This document shows positions 52,117 through 61,683 of a DNA stretch of 64,000 nucleotides, in pieces (within the stretch, counting starts at the first letter, position 1; the number at the start of each line of letters is the position of its first letter). Source of the DNA: an uncultured delta proteobacterium (GTDB taxonomy: Bacteria; Desulfobacterota; Binatia; Binatales; Binataceae). The DNA lies in the NCBI GenBank assembly GCA_963711565.1, contig CAVQEQ010000004.1, positions 736,001-800,000 of the forward strand, read 5' to 3'. The notes under the pieces are model-generated. The model saw nothing but the letters and a program-made list of their open reading frames with translations, made no database searches and was not told where the DNA came from. The position numbers and the translations under genes were made by a program.

Positions 52117-54111
52117 GTGAACTCGATACTAGGAACGGTAATCAGCGATCGCTATCGCATCATCAAGCTTCTCGGCGAGGGAGCAGACAAACAGGTCTAT
52201 TTGAGTGAGGATCTTCGCCTTTTTGGCAGCCGCCGCGCCGTAGCGGTCATGATCGATAGTATCGCTGATTCCGAGAAACAGAAGATCGCGGCCCTGGCTT
52301 TCGAGCGCGAGGCCGAGATGCTGACTAGGCTGAAGCATCCGCGCATACCACAGATTTTCGACCGGTTTAGCGAGGGCAATGTCCATTATCTAGTGATGGA
52401 GTTCTTTGAGGGAGAGACCCTGCAGGCCAAGTTGCAGCGTGTACCCGGTAATCGCTTGCCCGAAGCAGAAGCTGTGAGTATCGCAGTCAAGGTTCTCGCG
52501 GTATTGGACTACCTTCACAAGCAGACGCCGCCAGTCATTTTCCGCGATTTGAAGCCCGATAATATGATGATGCGACCAGACGGCGAGCTGAAACTTATCG
52601 ATTTCGGCATCGCGAGATTCTTCCGCCCGACCGGCAGCAACATCGGTCGGGGAACGGTTGGATATGCGGCACCCGAGCAGTACCAAGGAGCGATCGACGC
52701 ACGCAGTGACGTCTATGCGTTAGGGGCGACCTTGCATCATATGCTGACGGGACGAGATCCCGCCCAGCATCCCTTTGATTTTCCACCCCTCCTGAAGCTC
52801 GTACCGAATTGCGATCCGAATCTTGCCGCTTGCATCGATTCGGCTTTGGAACGGGATCCCGCCAGGCGTCCGCAGAGCGCAGCAGAATTTCGTGATCGAA
52901 TCCGGATCAACGGGTCGGTCCGGTCGTCGGGCTCGAGCGCCAGCCGGTTCGCCGCCGAGGGTTCCTCAAGCTCGGGCAGTGTGAAATCGGATGCCCCGAC
53001 CGCGATCATAGCGGATACTACCTGCATCTACTGTCAAGCAGCCCTCGCCGCTGAAGCGAGATTTTGTACGCGATGCGGCCGCTCAAATCCAATGCCCGCC
53101 TCCGTTGCATCACCGGAGAACGCACCTGCGCGGCAAAGGCCCGACGTCGGAGGTGTTCAAAAACAAATCCATTCTTCGCGTGGTACTGCCGAGCAGCAAG
53201 GTTATGCAGGATCCTGGCGATATGCCGTAGGGGCCGTGGTTACCGTCGCCGTCTTGATTCTCGGCGTGATCATCATTCGGCAGTTCCGCATCGACCGAGC
53301 GGCCCCCTCCCTCGCTGGGAAAGACACCTCGGATAGTACACACTTCACGTGGGCACCGCCGACGGATCCCCTAGCGAAGGGAGTTTTGATCACCTCCATA
53401 CCTTTCGGGTCCGATAATGTGTCCATTCTCAAAGACGACAAGGCCGGCGAAGACGTTGCGTATTTTGGCGCTACAGAGATCGTGAGAGATTTCGAGGTGT
53501 CCATAGACGAAGTACTTCCGACGATAGATAGCCCCATGGTTCTCATACTGGATACCTACAACGGTGCACATATGCCGGGTAGCTCGAGCAGAGGTCGCGT
53601 GTACTTAGTACGCCGCGATGGAGCGCCTGACGCGTTTGATGTCGTTGATTTCGGGCCAGTGAAGAGTGTGAAGTACTCTGGAGGACCAGAGGGCGACTAT
53701 ACCCTAGAGGTTATTGAGACCGTCGGACTCAAGACAAACCGCGACGCGGCTTACGACACCTTAGTGGCACACCGAGGTTACTATAGTTTCGTGCGAAAGA
53801 AGTATGATCCGTTTCTTGATGACTTCGCCAGGTTTGCTGGCGAAAGAGGAGTTAAAGAAAATCCGGGAGCCTTCTTCGGAAACCCCGCTTTACGCGCGAA
53901 ATATTTGGCGCGTGCGGGATATACCGACGAGCAGCTGGGCAGCCTTAGAGACCGCATCGGCCTAGGAGACCTTGATATCGTGGCTGGAAGGTACGCCACC
54001 CTTTGCGGTTGCCGATTCCACGGTTGCAGTGACGCTTCTGGGGCATCAGCTATAGTTACGATAACGCGAACCGCCGGCAGACGATGCAGGTTGCCGGGCA
54101 GGCGCAAGTAA
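52117..54111 (+). CDS. Hanks-type Ser/Thr kinase with zinc ribbon, TM and ectodomain; C-terminus cut by Rhs DNA
   Basis: FRDLKPDN, IDFG, GYAAPEQ, SDVYALG; CIYC/CTRC; Rhs sequence begins at about 54042 in another frame. Confidence 0.85.
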   Translation: MNSILGTVISDRYRIIKLLGEGADKQVYLSEDLRLFGSRRAVAVMIDSIADSEKQKIAALAFEREAEMLTRLKHPRIPQIFDRFSEGNVHYLVMEFFEGETLQAKLQRVPGNRLPEAEAVSIAVKVLAVLDYLHKQTPPVIFRDLKPDNMMMRPDGELKLIDFGIARFFRPTGSNIGRGTVGYAAPEQYQGAIDARSDVYALGATLHHMLTGRDPAQHPFDFPPLLKLVPNCDPNLAACIDSALERDPARRPQSAAEFRDRIRINGSVRSSGSSASRFAAEGSSSSGSVKSDAPTAIIADTTCIYCQAALAAEARFCTRCGRSNPMPASVASPENAPARQRPDVGGVQKQIHSSRGTAEQQGYAGSWRYAVGAVVTVAVLILGVIIIRQFRIDRAAPSLAGKDTSDSTHFTWAPPTDPLAKGVLITSIPFGSDNVSILKDDKAGEDVAYFGATEIVRDFEVSIDEVLPTIDSPMVLILDTYNGAHMPGSSSRGRVYLVRRDGAPDAFDVVDFGPVKSVKYSGGPEGDYTLEVIETVGLKTNRDAAYDTLVAHRGYYSFVRKKYDPFLDDFARFAGERGVKENPGAFFGNPALRAKYLARAGYTDEQLGSLRDRIGLGDLDIVAGRYATLCGCRFHGCSDASGASAIVTITRTAGRRCRLPGRRK

Positions 54112-55472
54112 GCTACACGTGGGACAACGCGAACCGACTGACCGCAATCACGCAGGGCAGCTCCTCGGTGGGCATCAATTATGACAACGCGAACCGGCGA
54201 ACTTCGCTGACGCTGCCAAATGGCGTGACCGTCGGATACAGCGTTGACAACGACTCCCGCATCACCGGGCTGACCTACAGCGCGGGAAGTACGCACCTGG
54301 GCAACCTGACCTACGGCTACGACGCAGATGGGCGAGTGATCAGCAAAGCAGGCACGCTGGCTGCGACCAACTTGCCCAACGCAGTAAGCGGTAACCTGTT
54401 TAACGCGGACAATGGAATGACAGGTTTCGGTGGTGCGAGTTTGAGTTATGATGCCAACGGGAACCTCACCTCGGATGGCACGAACACGTATACTTGGGAC
54501 GCACGCAACCACCTGACGGCCATTAGCGGTGCTACCTCTGCCAGGTTTACCTACGACGCTATGGGCCGTCGTGCGAGCAAATCCTACGATGCTATAACAA
54601 CGCAGTTTCTATACGACCTACGGAATCCAGTGCAAGAAATCCAAGGAGGTACTCCAAGTGCCAACCTTTTGACCGGCCTCAAGGTCAACGAATATTTCAC
54701 GCGCACCGACTCCGGGAACAACGTATCGACGTTGCTGGCGGATGCGTTCGGTTCGGCGATAGGGCTGGTAGGCTCGGCCCAGAGCATGGTGACGAGTTAT
54801 ACGTATCAACCGTTCGGAGCGACCACAGTTGGCGGCGCCGCCAACGGCAATTCCTATCAATTCACCGGCCGTGAAAATGACGGTGCCGGATTGTATTATT
54901 ACCGCGCCAGGTATTACAGTCCGACATTTCAGAGATTTATCGGACAGGATCCGCTCGGATTCGCCGCGGGCGATGCCAACCTCTACGCTTATGTTAAGAA
55001 CAGCCCGCAATCAATTACTGACCTCTTGGGGCTTCAGTCTGTAGATGATCTATTGAACACCGCCGTCATAGATTTTAATGAAAACCGGTCGTTGAACGGT
55101 TCCCAGCAGCCTTCGCTCCTCGACGACACCGCTCAAGCTGTTCTTAATCGCATGGATCAGGGCTTGCCAATAGGACCACCGCATGGAACTGCGTCGCCGA
55201 ATTCCCCTGGCATACCGGATCCCGAAGTCCCGGTGGCCCAAGCGTGCCTTATCGCGACAGAACAGGCTAGTTTCGAAAGAAAACTCGGTATCGATACGAC
55301 CAATGGTTCAACGCTCTACTATCAGCAGGGTCCTAGCATGGATCCGCCCTCATACGCCGGTGATCCCAGATACACGCTGCAGACGACCGACGGCCCAATG
55401 AACAATAGCGATCCGAACCCACAGGTTCCAGACAGTACCGGTATTGTCGTAAAGTTCTTTACTGGACCATGA
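54084..55472 (+). CDS. Orphan Rhs core with C-terminal toxin, SleB/Hydrolase_2-like cell wall hydrolase
   Basis: YD repeats, YYRARYY...QDPLG...DLLGL; toxin FNENR...AVLNR...DTTNGSTLYY. Confidence 0.75.
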   Translation: MQVAGQAQVSYTWDNANRLTAITQGSSSVGINYDNANRRTSLTLPNGVTVGYSVDNDSRITGLTYSAGSTHLGNLTYGYDADGRVISKAGTLAATNLPNAVSGNLFNADNGMTGFGGASLSYDANGNLTSDGTNTYTWDARNHLTAISGATSARFTYDAMGRRASKSYDAITTQFLYDLRNPVQEIQGGTPSANLLTGLKVNEYFTRTDSGNNVSTLLADAFGSAIGLVGSAQSMVTSYTYQPFGATTVGGAANGNSYQFTGRENDGAGLYYYRARYYSPTFQRFIGQDPLGFAAGDANLYAYVKNSPQSITDLLGLQSVDDLLNTAVIDFNENRSLNGSQQPSLLDDTAQAVLNRMDQGLPIGPPHGTASPNSPGIPDPEVPVAQACLIATEQASFERKLGIDTTNGSTLYYQQGPSMDPPSYAGDPRYTLQTTDGPMNNSDPNPQVPDSTGIVVKFFTGP

Positions 55473-55945
55473 AAAGTAAAATCTGTTGCTTGTTGTTGTT
55501 AATGGCGGCTTGGACTCAACTAGCAGCAGGAAGCAAATGCGAGTTCGCCGAGTTCGCGCAGGACTACTTTACCGCCCTCGCCAATACGCGGACGACCGTT
55601 TTGTATTCTCAGTGCAAACAGGCTTGGGGCAAGAGTGTATTGATCGTACCTGTGCTAGCAGCGAGCGGCGAATCCGGTCATCTGAACCTATGGGGGCCTT
55701 ACTATCCTGAGCTTCAAGGAAGGATCGTTCTATTTCATTTGAGCCAAACATGTACGGAGAGCTTCGCGACGATTCGAATTGACGATGATGGGCACACAGT
55801 CATTGCGAATACATCAGGCGGTCCGGAAGTGAGGTCTTGGACTGCGAGATTGGTGGGAAGGATGGAGAAGCTTCCATTTCGTATCATGCCGCCCGACAAA
55901 CTCAAAGATATTGTGAACTCAAGGCCCGTGCAGAATTGCGAGTAG
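55469..55945 (+). CDS. Putative secreted immunity protein 1
   Basis: ATGA overlap with the toxin gene; signal peptide. Confidence 0.65.
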   Translation: MKSKICCLLLLMAAWTQLAAGSKCEFAEFAQDYFTALANTRTTVLYSQCKQAWGKSVLIVPVLAASGESGHLNLWGPYYPELQGRIVLFHLSQTCTESFATIRIDDDGHTVIANTSGGPEVRSWTARLVGRMEKLPFRIMPPDKLKDIVNSRPVQNCE

Positions 55946-56086
55946 CTAACGTATTGGGACCTTTTTGGGGCGGTCAACAGAGTTCAGCGACGAATTGTAT
56001 ATGTCGCCGGGTTCGGCTAGAGCGGCAGCAAGTACGAGAGCATCATCAACTACACCTGGGACGCGGGCAACCGTCTGCCCAATGGC

Positions 56087-57328
56087 GTGACGGTCGGATA
56101 CAGTTTCGACAACGACTCCCGTATCACCGGGCTGACGTACACTGCGGGGAGTTCGCAGCTGGGAAACCTGATTTACGGCTACGACGCGGACGGACGAGTG
56201 ACGAGCAAAAGCGGCTCGCTGGCCGTGACCAACTTACCCAATTCCATAAACGGCAACATGTTTAACGCGGACAACGGAATGACTTCTTTCGGTGGCGCTA
56301 CTCTGAGCTATGACGGCAATGGTAATCTTACCTCGGACGGCACCAACTCATACACTTGGGACGCCAGGAACCACCTGACTGCCATTAGCGGCGCGACGAC
56401 TGCCAGCTTTACATATGACGCATTCGGCCGTCGCGTTAGCAAAACTGTCGCAGGCAGGAGCACGCAGTTTCTATACGATGGTCTTAATCCCGTACAGGAA
56501 ATGGACTCGAGCACGGGCCTCGCGAATTTGCTGACCGGACTGAACATCGATGAGTACTTCACCCGCACGGACTCCAACAACAACGTATCAACTCAGCTTA
56601 CAGATGCGCTCGGCTCGACGATAGGATGGGTAGGCTCGGGACAGAGCATCGCGACGAGTTATACGTATCAGCCGTTTGGGGCTACGACCGTTGGGGGCAC
56701 CCCCAACGGCAGCAGTCACGAGTTCACCGGCCGCGAAAACGATGGCACCGGGTTGTACTTCTACCGCGCCAGATATTACAGCCCAACCTTCCAGCGATTT
56801 ATTGCACAGGACCCAATCGGCTTCGCTGGTCACGACTCCAATCTATATCGCTATACCTTCGACAGTCCGCTGCAGTTTGAGGATCCTCTCGGGCTAACGG
56901 CTACTTGCTACGCATTTCAAAATGGCGGCATTGCGTGTTTCGACGACGACGATCCGACCAATACGAATTCAGATCCAAACTCCTATTCGGGCGGCGGGAC
57001 AGACGGGCCGGGTTTTGACAATCCGACCTGGCAGGATATACCGGATGAAGGTCCAATTCCCGCGAATACCTATAATATCGGCCCGGGTTATAACTCTAGG
57101 CTGGGACAACCTACCATGAAGTTGACTCCGACAGAGCCGTTTCCTCCGCTACGGGATCCTAACTCCATCAGAATGCACGCGGACAAGAAGGGAAAAAACC
57201 AAGGTAAAGGTCTGGCGTCTACTGGTTGTGAAGTCACATCTCCACAATTGCGACAATGGATAAACAATCTTGGCGGCGGAACTCTTATTGTCGTTCCAGG
57301 GATGCCCAGCCCAGGAGAAAATCCTTGA
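56087..57328 (+). CDS. Orphan Rhs core with Tlde1/DUF2778-like L,D-transpeptidase-fold toxin
   Basis: Rhs core ending DPLGL; toxin GPIPANTYNIG...RMH...STGC. Confidence 0.78.
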   Translation: MTVGYSFDNDSRITGLTYTAGSSQLGNLIYGYDADGRVTSKSGSLAVTNLPNSINGNMFNADNGMTSFGGATLSYDGNGNLTSDGTNSYTWDARNHLTAISGATTASFTYDAFGRRVSKTVAGRSTQFLYDGLNPVQEMDSSTGLANLLTGLNIDEYFTRTDSNNNVSTQLTDALGSTIGWVGSGQSIATSYTYQPFGATTVGGTPNGSSHEFTGRENDGTGLYFYRARYYSPTFQRFIAQDPIGFAGHDSNLYRYTFDSPLQFEDPLGLTATCYAFQNGGIACFDDDDPTNTNSDPNSYSGGGTDGPGFDNPTWQDIPDEGPIPANTYNIGPGYNSRLGQPTMKLTPTEPFPPLRDPNSIRMHADKKGKNQGKGLASTGCEVTSPQLRQWINNLGGGTLIVVPGMPSPGENP

Positions 57329-57999
57329 ATTGGATGAGGGTGACAGTGCTCGCGATCGCTCTGGTAGATCTGCCTTCAATCTCGGCACGGAGTGCCACGA
57401 CTGAACGATGGTTGTGCGGCGATTCTCAGACGCCCGTGCTGCAGTTGCAACACGATTTCAAAGGACAACCTGAATCTGCACCAGCAACTTTTACCATTGC
57501 CGGATTGACCTTGAACAAGAGCGAGTTTAAAGACGTGGAAGCCAGGTTTGGCCCGTCAACCCCGGCAAGCAGGTCCTCCGATCCTGATGGTTTCAACGAG
57601 TGCTACAAGTCCGCAAGCTGGCCTGCTGATCCAACCGTTCTTATCTTGATGGCGGGGTACGAAGGAGAATCTGAAGAAATAAACGCGTTTATGCTGAAGT
57701 CTGATTCGAGTCCTGAAGCCTCCAAGTGTGTAACCTCAAGTTTGGTTCGTAGTGATATGGCGACCGGCAATCACCTTAGTCTGGGTCTGTCGCAAGACGA
57801 TATTCAGAAAATCCTGGGTCACGGAAGGCCCGGTGCTGATGGATTTAGACGTTGGTTCTATTCGGGTAAACTTCAACTGTCGGCAGCTGAAGCCAAGCTC
57901 GCCGGAACTACTTTTTACTACAAAGACTCTGGAGTAACTGCTAGATTTCGTGATTCCAAAGCCGATTGCATTTCTGTGTTTCAGGTTGAATCGTACTAG
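57325..57999 (+). CDS. Putative secreted immunity protein 2
   Basis: TTGA overlap, aggaga RBS, hydrophobic N-terminus, Cys residues. Confidence 0.65.
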   Translation: MNWMRVTVLAIALVDLPSISARSATTERWLCGDSQTPVLQLQHDFKGQPESAPATFTIAGLTLNKSEFKDVEARFGPSTPASRSSDPDGFNECYKSASWPADPTVLILMAGYEGESEEINAFMLKSDSSPEASKCVTSSLVRSDMATGNHLSLGLSQDDIQKILGHGRPGADGFRRWFYSGKLQLSAAEAKLAGTTFYYKDSGVTARFRDSKADCISVFQVESY

Positions 58000-58187
58000 T
58001 ATGCTGACGGCAACGCCAGCCAGGTGACGGCCTGACGGCGGTGACCGACTCGATCACCGGCACACTTCACCAGCGCGCCTGATCTCCTTTGACCTGTCGC
58101 AACTAGGAATTCCATCTGAACCGGAATAGGAGCTGCTGCGCTGTTTCTAGATCGAGCCACGCACCAGGACTGGACTCAAATCGCTGG

Positions 58188-58657
58188 ATGCTCGCTCGCG
58201 AGCACGCTTCCTTGGGATTTGCTTTTCGGCTTTTCCATGATGAAGATTATCAAAGAACTCCTTCTAAGAGTGGCCCCGCGGATATATTACAAACGATCCG
58301 CAAGTGGATTCGGATACTTGTGAGTGGCGCCGTTGCGGGTCTTGCTCTGCCTTTTTTGGCAGTTCAGTTGGTGTGGCCTTATCTGTTGCGCCACACGGAG
58401 GCCTGTGAAATCGCGACGCGTTGTATCGTATCGGACCCGCTTATTCGAAAAACCGTGGGGTCGCAGCGCGGGTAGATGTGAGACGCGGGTGCTTCTACGT
58501 GCGCGAAGACCAGCCAGTGGAAGAATTTCTAGTTACCGTAGAGGGTCCGACCAAAAAAGGCAGTGTGTCCGTCAGACTAATTAAGGAACGGGGCGCGTGG
58601 GACATAAGCGGAGCCGAGTTCACACGTCCGGATGGAACGCTCGTGAAACTGCACTAA
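58188..58657 (+). pseudogene. Frameshifted membrane-anchored protein (Coa1-like, or orphan immunity protein)
   Basis: TM then SDPLIRKTVG in one frame, continuing VEGPTKKGSV...GAW in another. Confidence 0.45.
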
Positions 58658-58928
58658 AGAGCAAGTTTGAGGCGCGATGAGGTAGCGTACACCGCTCGGC
58701 CTGCGGCAGTGACTTCGGACGAAAGCAATTCCGGTCGTTTTGGCGAACGAATTCACAGATGTCGGAGCGATGCCCGCATAAACGCTGGGTTTGTGTTTTC
58801 GGCACTAAAATGGCGCATGTAAGCGCCGGAGAGAAAATCCCTCAGTGAAGCGGCCGGATAGACCGGTCGCGCCGGAGTAAAACTCCAGCACGCGATAGCC
58901 TTCAGCCTGGAGGGTTGAAGGCGGAGGG

Positions 58929-60431
58929 ATGAAAGGCGTGGAACTGTATGGGCAGGTGCGACGAGCGGTTTATGTAGAAGGACTGAGCCGGCGCGAGGCA
59001 GCGCGGCGATTCGGGATCGACCCACGGACGGTGGCGAAGATGCTGGCGTTCTCGGTGCCGCCGGGATATCGGCGGGGCCTGCCGCTGGCGCGGCCGAAGC
59101 TGGATCCGTTCGTTGGGATCATCGATCGGATCCTGGAGGAAGATAAGGGACAGCCAGCCAAGCAGCAGCACACCTCGAAGCGGATCTTCGAGCGGCTGCG
59201 AGACGAGCACGGCTACGCCGGCGGGATCACCGTTGTAAAGGACTACGTGCACGAGCGGCGGCAGCGGTCGCGTGAGATGTTCGTGCCGTTGCGCCACGAA
59301 CCGGGACACGCACAGGTTGACTTCGGCGAAGCGCTGGCAGTGATCGGCGGAGTGGAGCGGAAGATCCACTTCTTCGCGATGGATCTGCCGCACAGCGACA
59401 GCTGCCTGGTACAGGCCTATCCATCGGAGAGCAGCGAAGCCTTCTGTGAAGGACACAACGTCGGCTTCGAGTTCTTCGGCGGCGTGCCGCGCTCGATCCT
59501 GTACGACAACCTCAAGCTGGCGGTGGCGCGCATCCTGGGAGACGGCCGGCGGCTAAGGATCCGGGTCTTCAGCGAGCTGCAGTCCCACTACCTGTTCACC
59601 GATCGCTTCGGACGACCCGGGAAAGGCAATGACAAGGGCAAGGTCGAAGGGTTGGTGGGCTATGCTCGGCGCAACTTCATGGTGCCGATCCCTCATGCGG
59701 CCAGCTTCGCCGAACTCAACGCGCGCTTGCTGGAGGACTGCCGCCGTAGGTTGAACGATCGGCTGCGTGGCCATGATCAGACCATCGCCGAGCGACTGGT
59801 GCGAGACCGCGCTGCCTTCCTGCCGTTGCCGCCCACTCACTACGATGCCTGCGAGAAGAGAGCAGTCCGGGTCAGCTCGCTCTCGCTGGTGCGCTATCGG
59901 GGCAACGACTATTCGGTGCCCACCGCTTACGGCCACCGCGAGGTGCTGGTTCGCGGTTACGTCCACGAAGTGGTGATCGCCTGCGCGGCGGAAGAGATCG
60001 CGCGTCATCTGCGCTCCTACGAGCGCGAAAACTTCATCTTCGATCCGCTGCACTACCTGGCGCTGCTGGAACGGAAGATCGGTGCGCTGGATCAGGCCGC
60101 GCCACTGGTCGGTTGGGAACTGCCTGAAGAGTTCGCGACCCTGCGCCGTCTGCTCGAGGCTCGCCTGAGCAAGCCGGGCAAACGCGAGTTCGTGCAGGTG
60201 CTGCGCCTGCTGGAGGTGTTCCGCACCGATGACGTATCAGCGGCGGTGAGAGAAGCGATCGCGCGCGGAGTGATCAGCTTCGACGCAGTCAAGCATCTGG
60301 TGTTGTGCCGCATCGAACGCCGCCCACCGCGGCTGGACATGAAGATCTATCCCTACTTGCCGCGCGCCACCGTCGCGACCACCTCGGCCCGGGCCTACTT
60401 GAGCCTGCTGGCGGGAGGGGCATCGTCATGA
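58929..60431 (+). CDS. istA: IS21 transposase IstA
   Basis: AQVDFG, LYDNLK, KGKVEG DDE motifs. Confidence 0.95.
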   Translation: MKGVELYGQVRRAVYVEGLSRREAARRFGIDPRTVAKMLAFSVPPGYRRGLPLARPKLDPFVGIIDRILEEDKGQPAKQQHTSKRIFERLRDEHGYAGGITVVKDYVHERRQRSREMFVPLRHEPGHAQVDFGEALAVIGGVERKIHFFAMDLPHSDSCLVQAYPSESSEAFCEGHNVGFEFFGGVPRSILYDNLKLAVARILGDGRRLRIRVFSELQSHYLFTDRFGRPGKGNDKGKVEGLVGYARRNFMVPIPHAASFAELNARLLEDCRRRLNDRLRGHDQTIAERLVRDRAAFLPLPPTHYDACEKRAVRVSSLSLVRYRGNDYSVPTAYGHREVLVRGYVHEVVIACAAEEIARHLRSYERENFIFDPLHYLALLERKIGALDQAAPLVGWELPEEFATLRRLLEARLSKPGKREFVQVLRLLEVFRTDDVSAAVREAIARGVISFDAVKHLVLCRIERRPPRLDMKIYPYLPRATVATTSARAYLSLLAGGASS

Positions 60432-61206
60432 GCGACACACCGCAGGTTCTGCTCGCTCACCACCTTAAGGCGCTGAGGCTCCCAACCTTCCTGCGTGAGT
60501 ACGACAAGCTGGCGCGCCAGTGCGCCGCCGAAGGTGTCGATCACTCGCGCTACCTGTTGCGCCTGGCCGAGCTTGAGATGATCGACCGGGAACGGCGGAC
60601 CATCGAGCGCCGGATCAAGGAAGCCAGGTTCCCCGCAGTGAAGAGCCTCGACAGCTTCGACTTCACCGCCATCCCCTCGCTCAACAAGACCTTGGTGCTG
60701 GAACTGGCCCGCTCGGAGTACGTCGGCCGCCGTGAGAACGTCATCGCGCTCGGTAACAGCGGCACCGGCAAGACTCACATCGCGCTGGGGCTCGGACTGG
60801 CAGCGTGCCAGAAGGGTCTCGCGGTTGGCTTCACCACCGCTGCGGCCCTGGTCAACGAACTGCACGAAGCACACGACGAAAAGCGTCTGCAGCGACTGCA
60901 ACGGCAACTCGCCGGTTAAAGCTGCTGATCGTCGACGAGCTCGGCTACGTTCCGCTGTCACAGACCGGCGCCGAGTTGCTGTTCGAGGTCTTCAGCCAGC
61001 GCTACGAACGCGGCTCGATCATCGTGACCAGCAATCTGCCCTTCGATGAGTGGACCGGCGTGTTCGGCTCCGAGCGACTGACCGGCGCGCTGCTCGATCG
61101 CCTCACCCATCATGTCCACATCCTCGAGATGAACGGCGATAGCTTCAGGCTTAAGCACAGCAGAGGTCAGATCGTAGAAGAGCAACCACCGCAAGAACCC
61201 GGCTGA
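60428..61206 (+). pseudogene. istB: IS21 helper ATPase IstB, frameshifted at about 60917
   Basis: GNSGTGKT in one frame; LLIVDELGY...TSNLPF...LDRL in the next. Confidence 0.88.
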
Positions 61207-61522
61207 CCCACCACCGGGTCGCTCAGCCCTTAGTTCCACAGATGGGCGAGGGGGAAAATCCCCCTCGCGCTCCTCCTGCCCAGAGCTCAAACTAACCCGG
61301 CCAGGAGTGATGCATTTTTACTCCGGCCTGTTGATGTACTTTTGCTCCGGCGTTGACATAAAGTTTCTATCTCGTCAATTGAGTATTCTGCGACCTACCG
61401 CGCAGTCGTCTAACCCCACCATCTAGAGTCCCCGCCTTGCGCGGCTCTGCTCAAGACCGTCGCGCCATCCCTTAGGCGGGATCGCTTACGCTTGTCACGG
61501 CAGCCTTGAACGGCTCCGCCGC

Positions 61523-61662
61523 GCTCATTGGTTGCTCCGCTGCGCTCCGCGTCGGTGACTTTCCCTCCTCTCACTCTGGTCCGGGTGAAGAGCGAGAGGG
61601 GGAAAGAAAGGTTCGGGTCTTTAATGAGCCAAACCGCCCTTCCGCAGGAGCGGAAGCGGGCG
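61523..61662 (+). promoter_or_regulatory. Multi-hairpin leader upstream of ardC (ssDNA promoter/Frpo-like candidate)
   Basis: Long stems at 61559-61606 and 61635-61662; gctcatt/aatgagc pair at 61523 and 61623. Confidence 0.45.
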
Positions 61663-61683
61663 AATTAGAAGGAGCGAATATCG

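Larger units (their letters stand above)
58818..61358 (+). mobile_element. IS21 family insertion sequence
   Basis: TGTAAGCGCCGGAG...CTCCGGCGTTGACA terminal inverted repeats with internal repeat copies; istA and istB. Confidence 0.92.

Noticed and set aside
58708-58722. GACTTCGGA match to the tRNA loop as a possible right att site
   Set aside because: Not followed by the tRNA 3' half, and the same 9-mer also occurs inside genes (about 8555 and 49052), consistent with chance.
60900-60930. Programmed frameshift in istB
   Set aside because: No slippery heptamer, and IstB is normally one ORF; a single-base loss is simpler.
58805-61375. Target-site duplication or dif-like site around IS21
   Set aside because: The flanks (tggcgca and taaagtt) are not duplicated; the rejoined site resembles only a XerC arm with no XerD arm.
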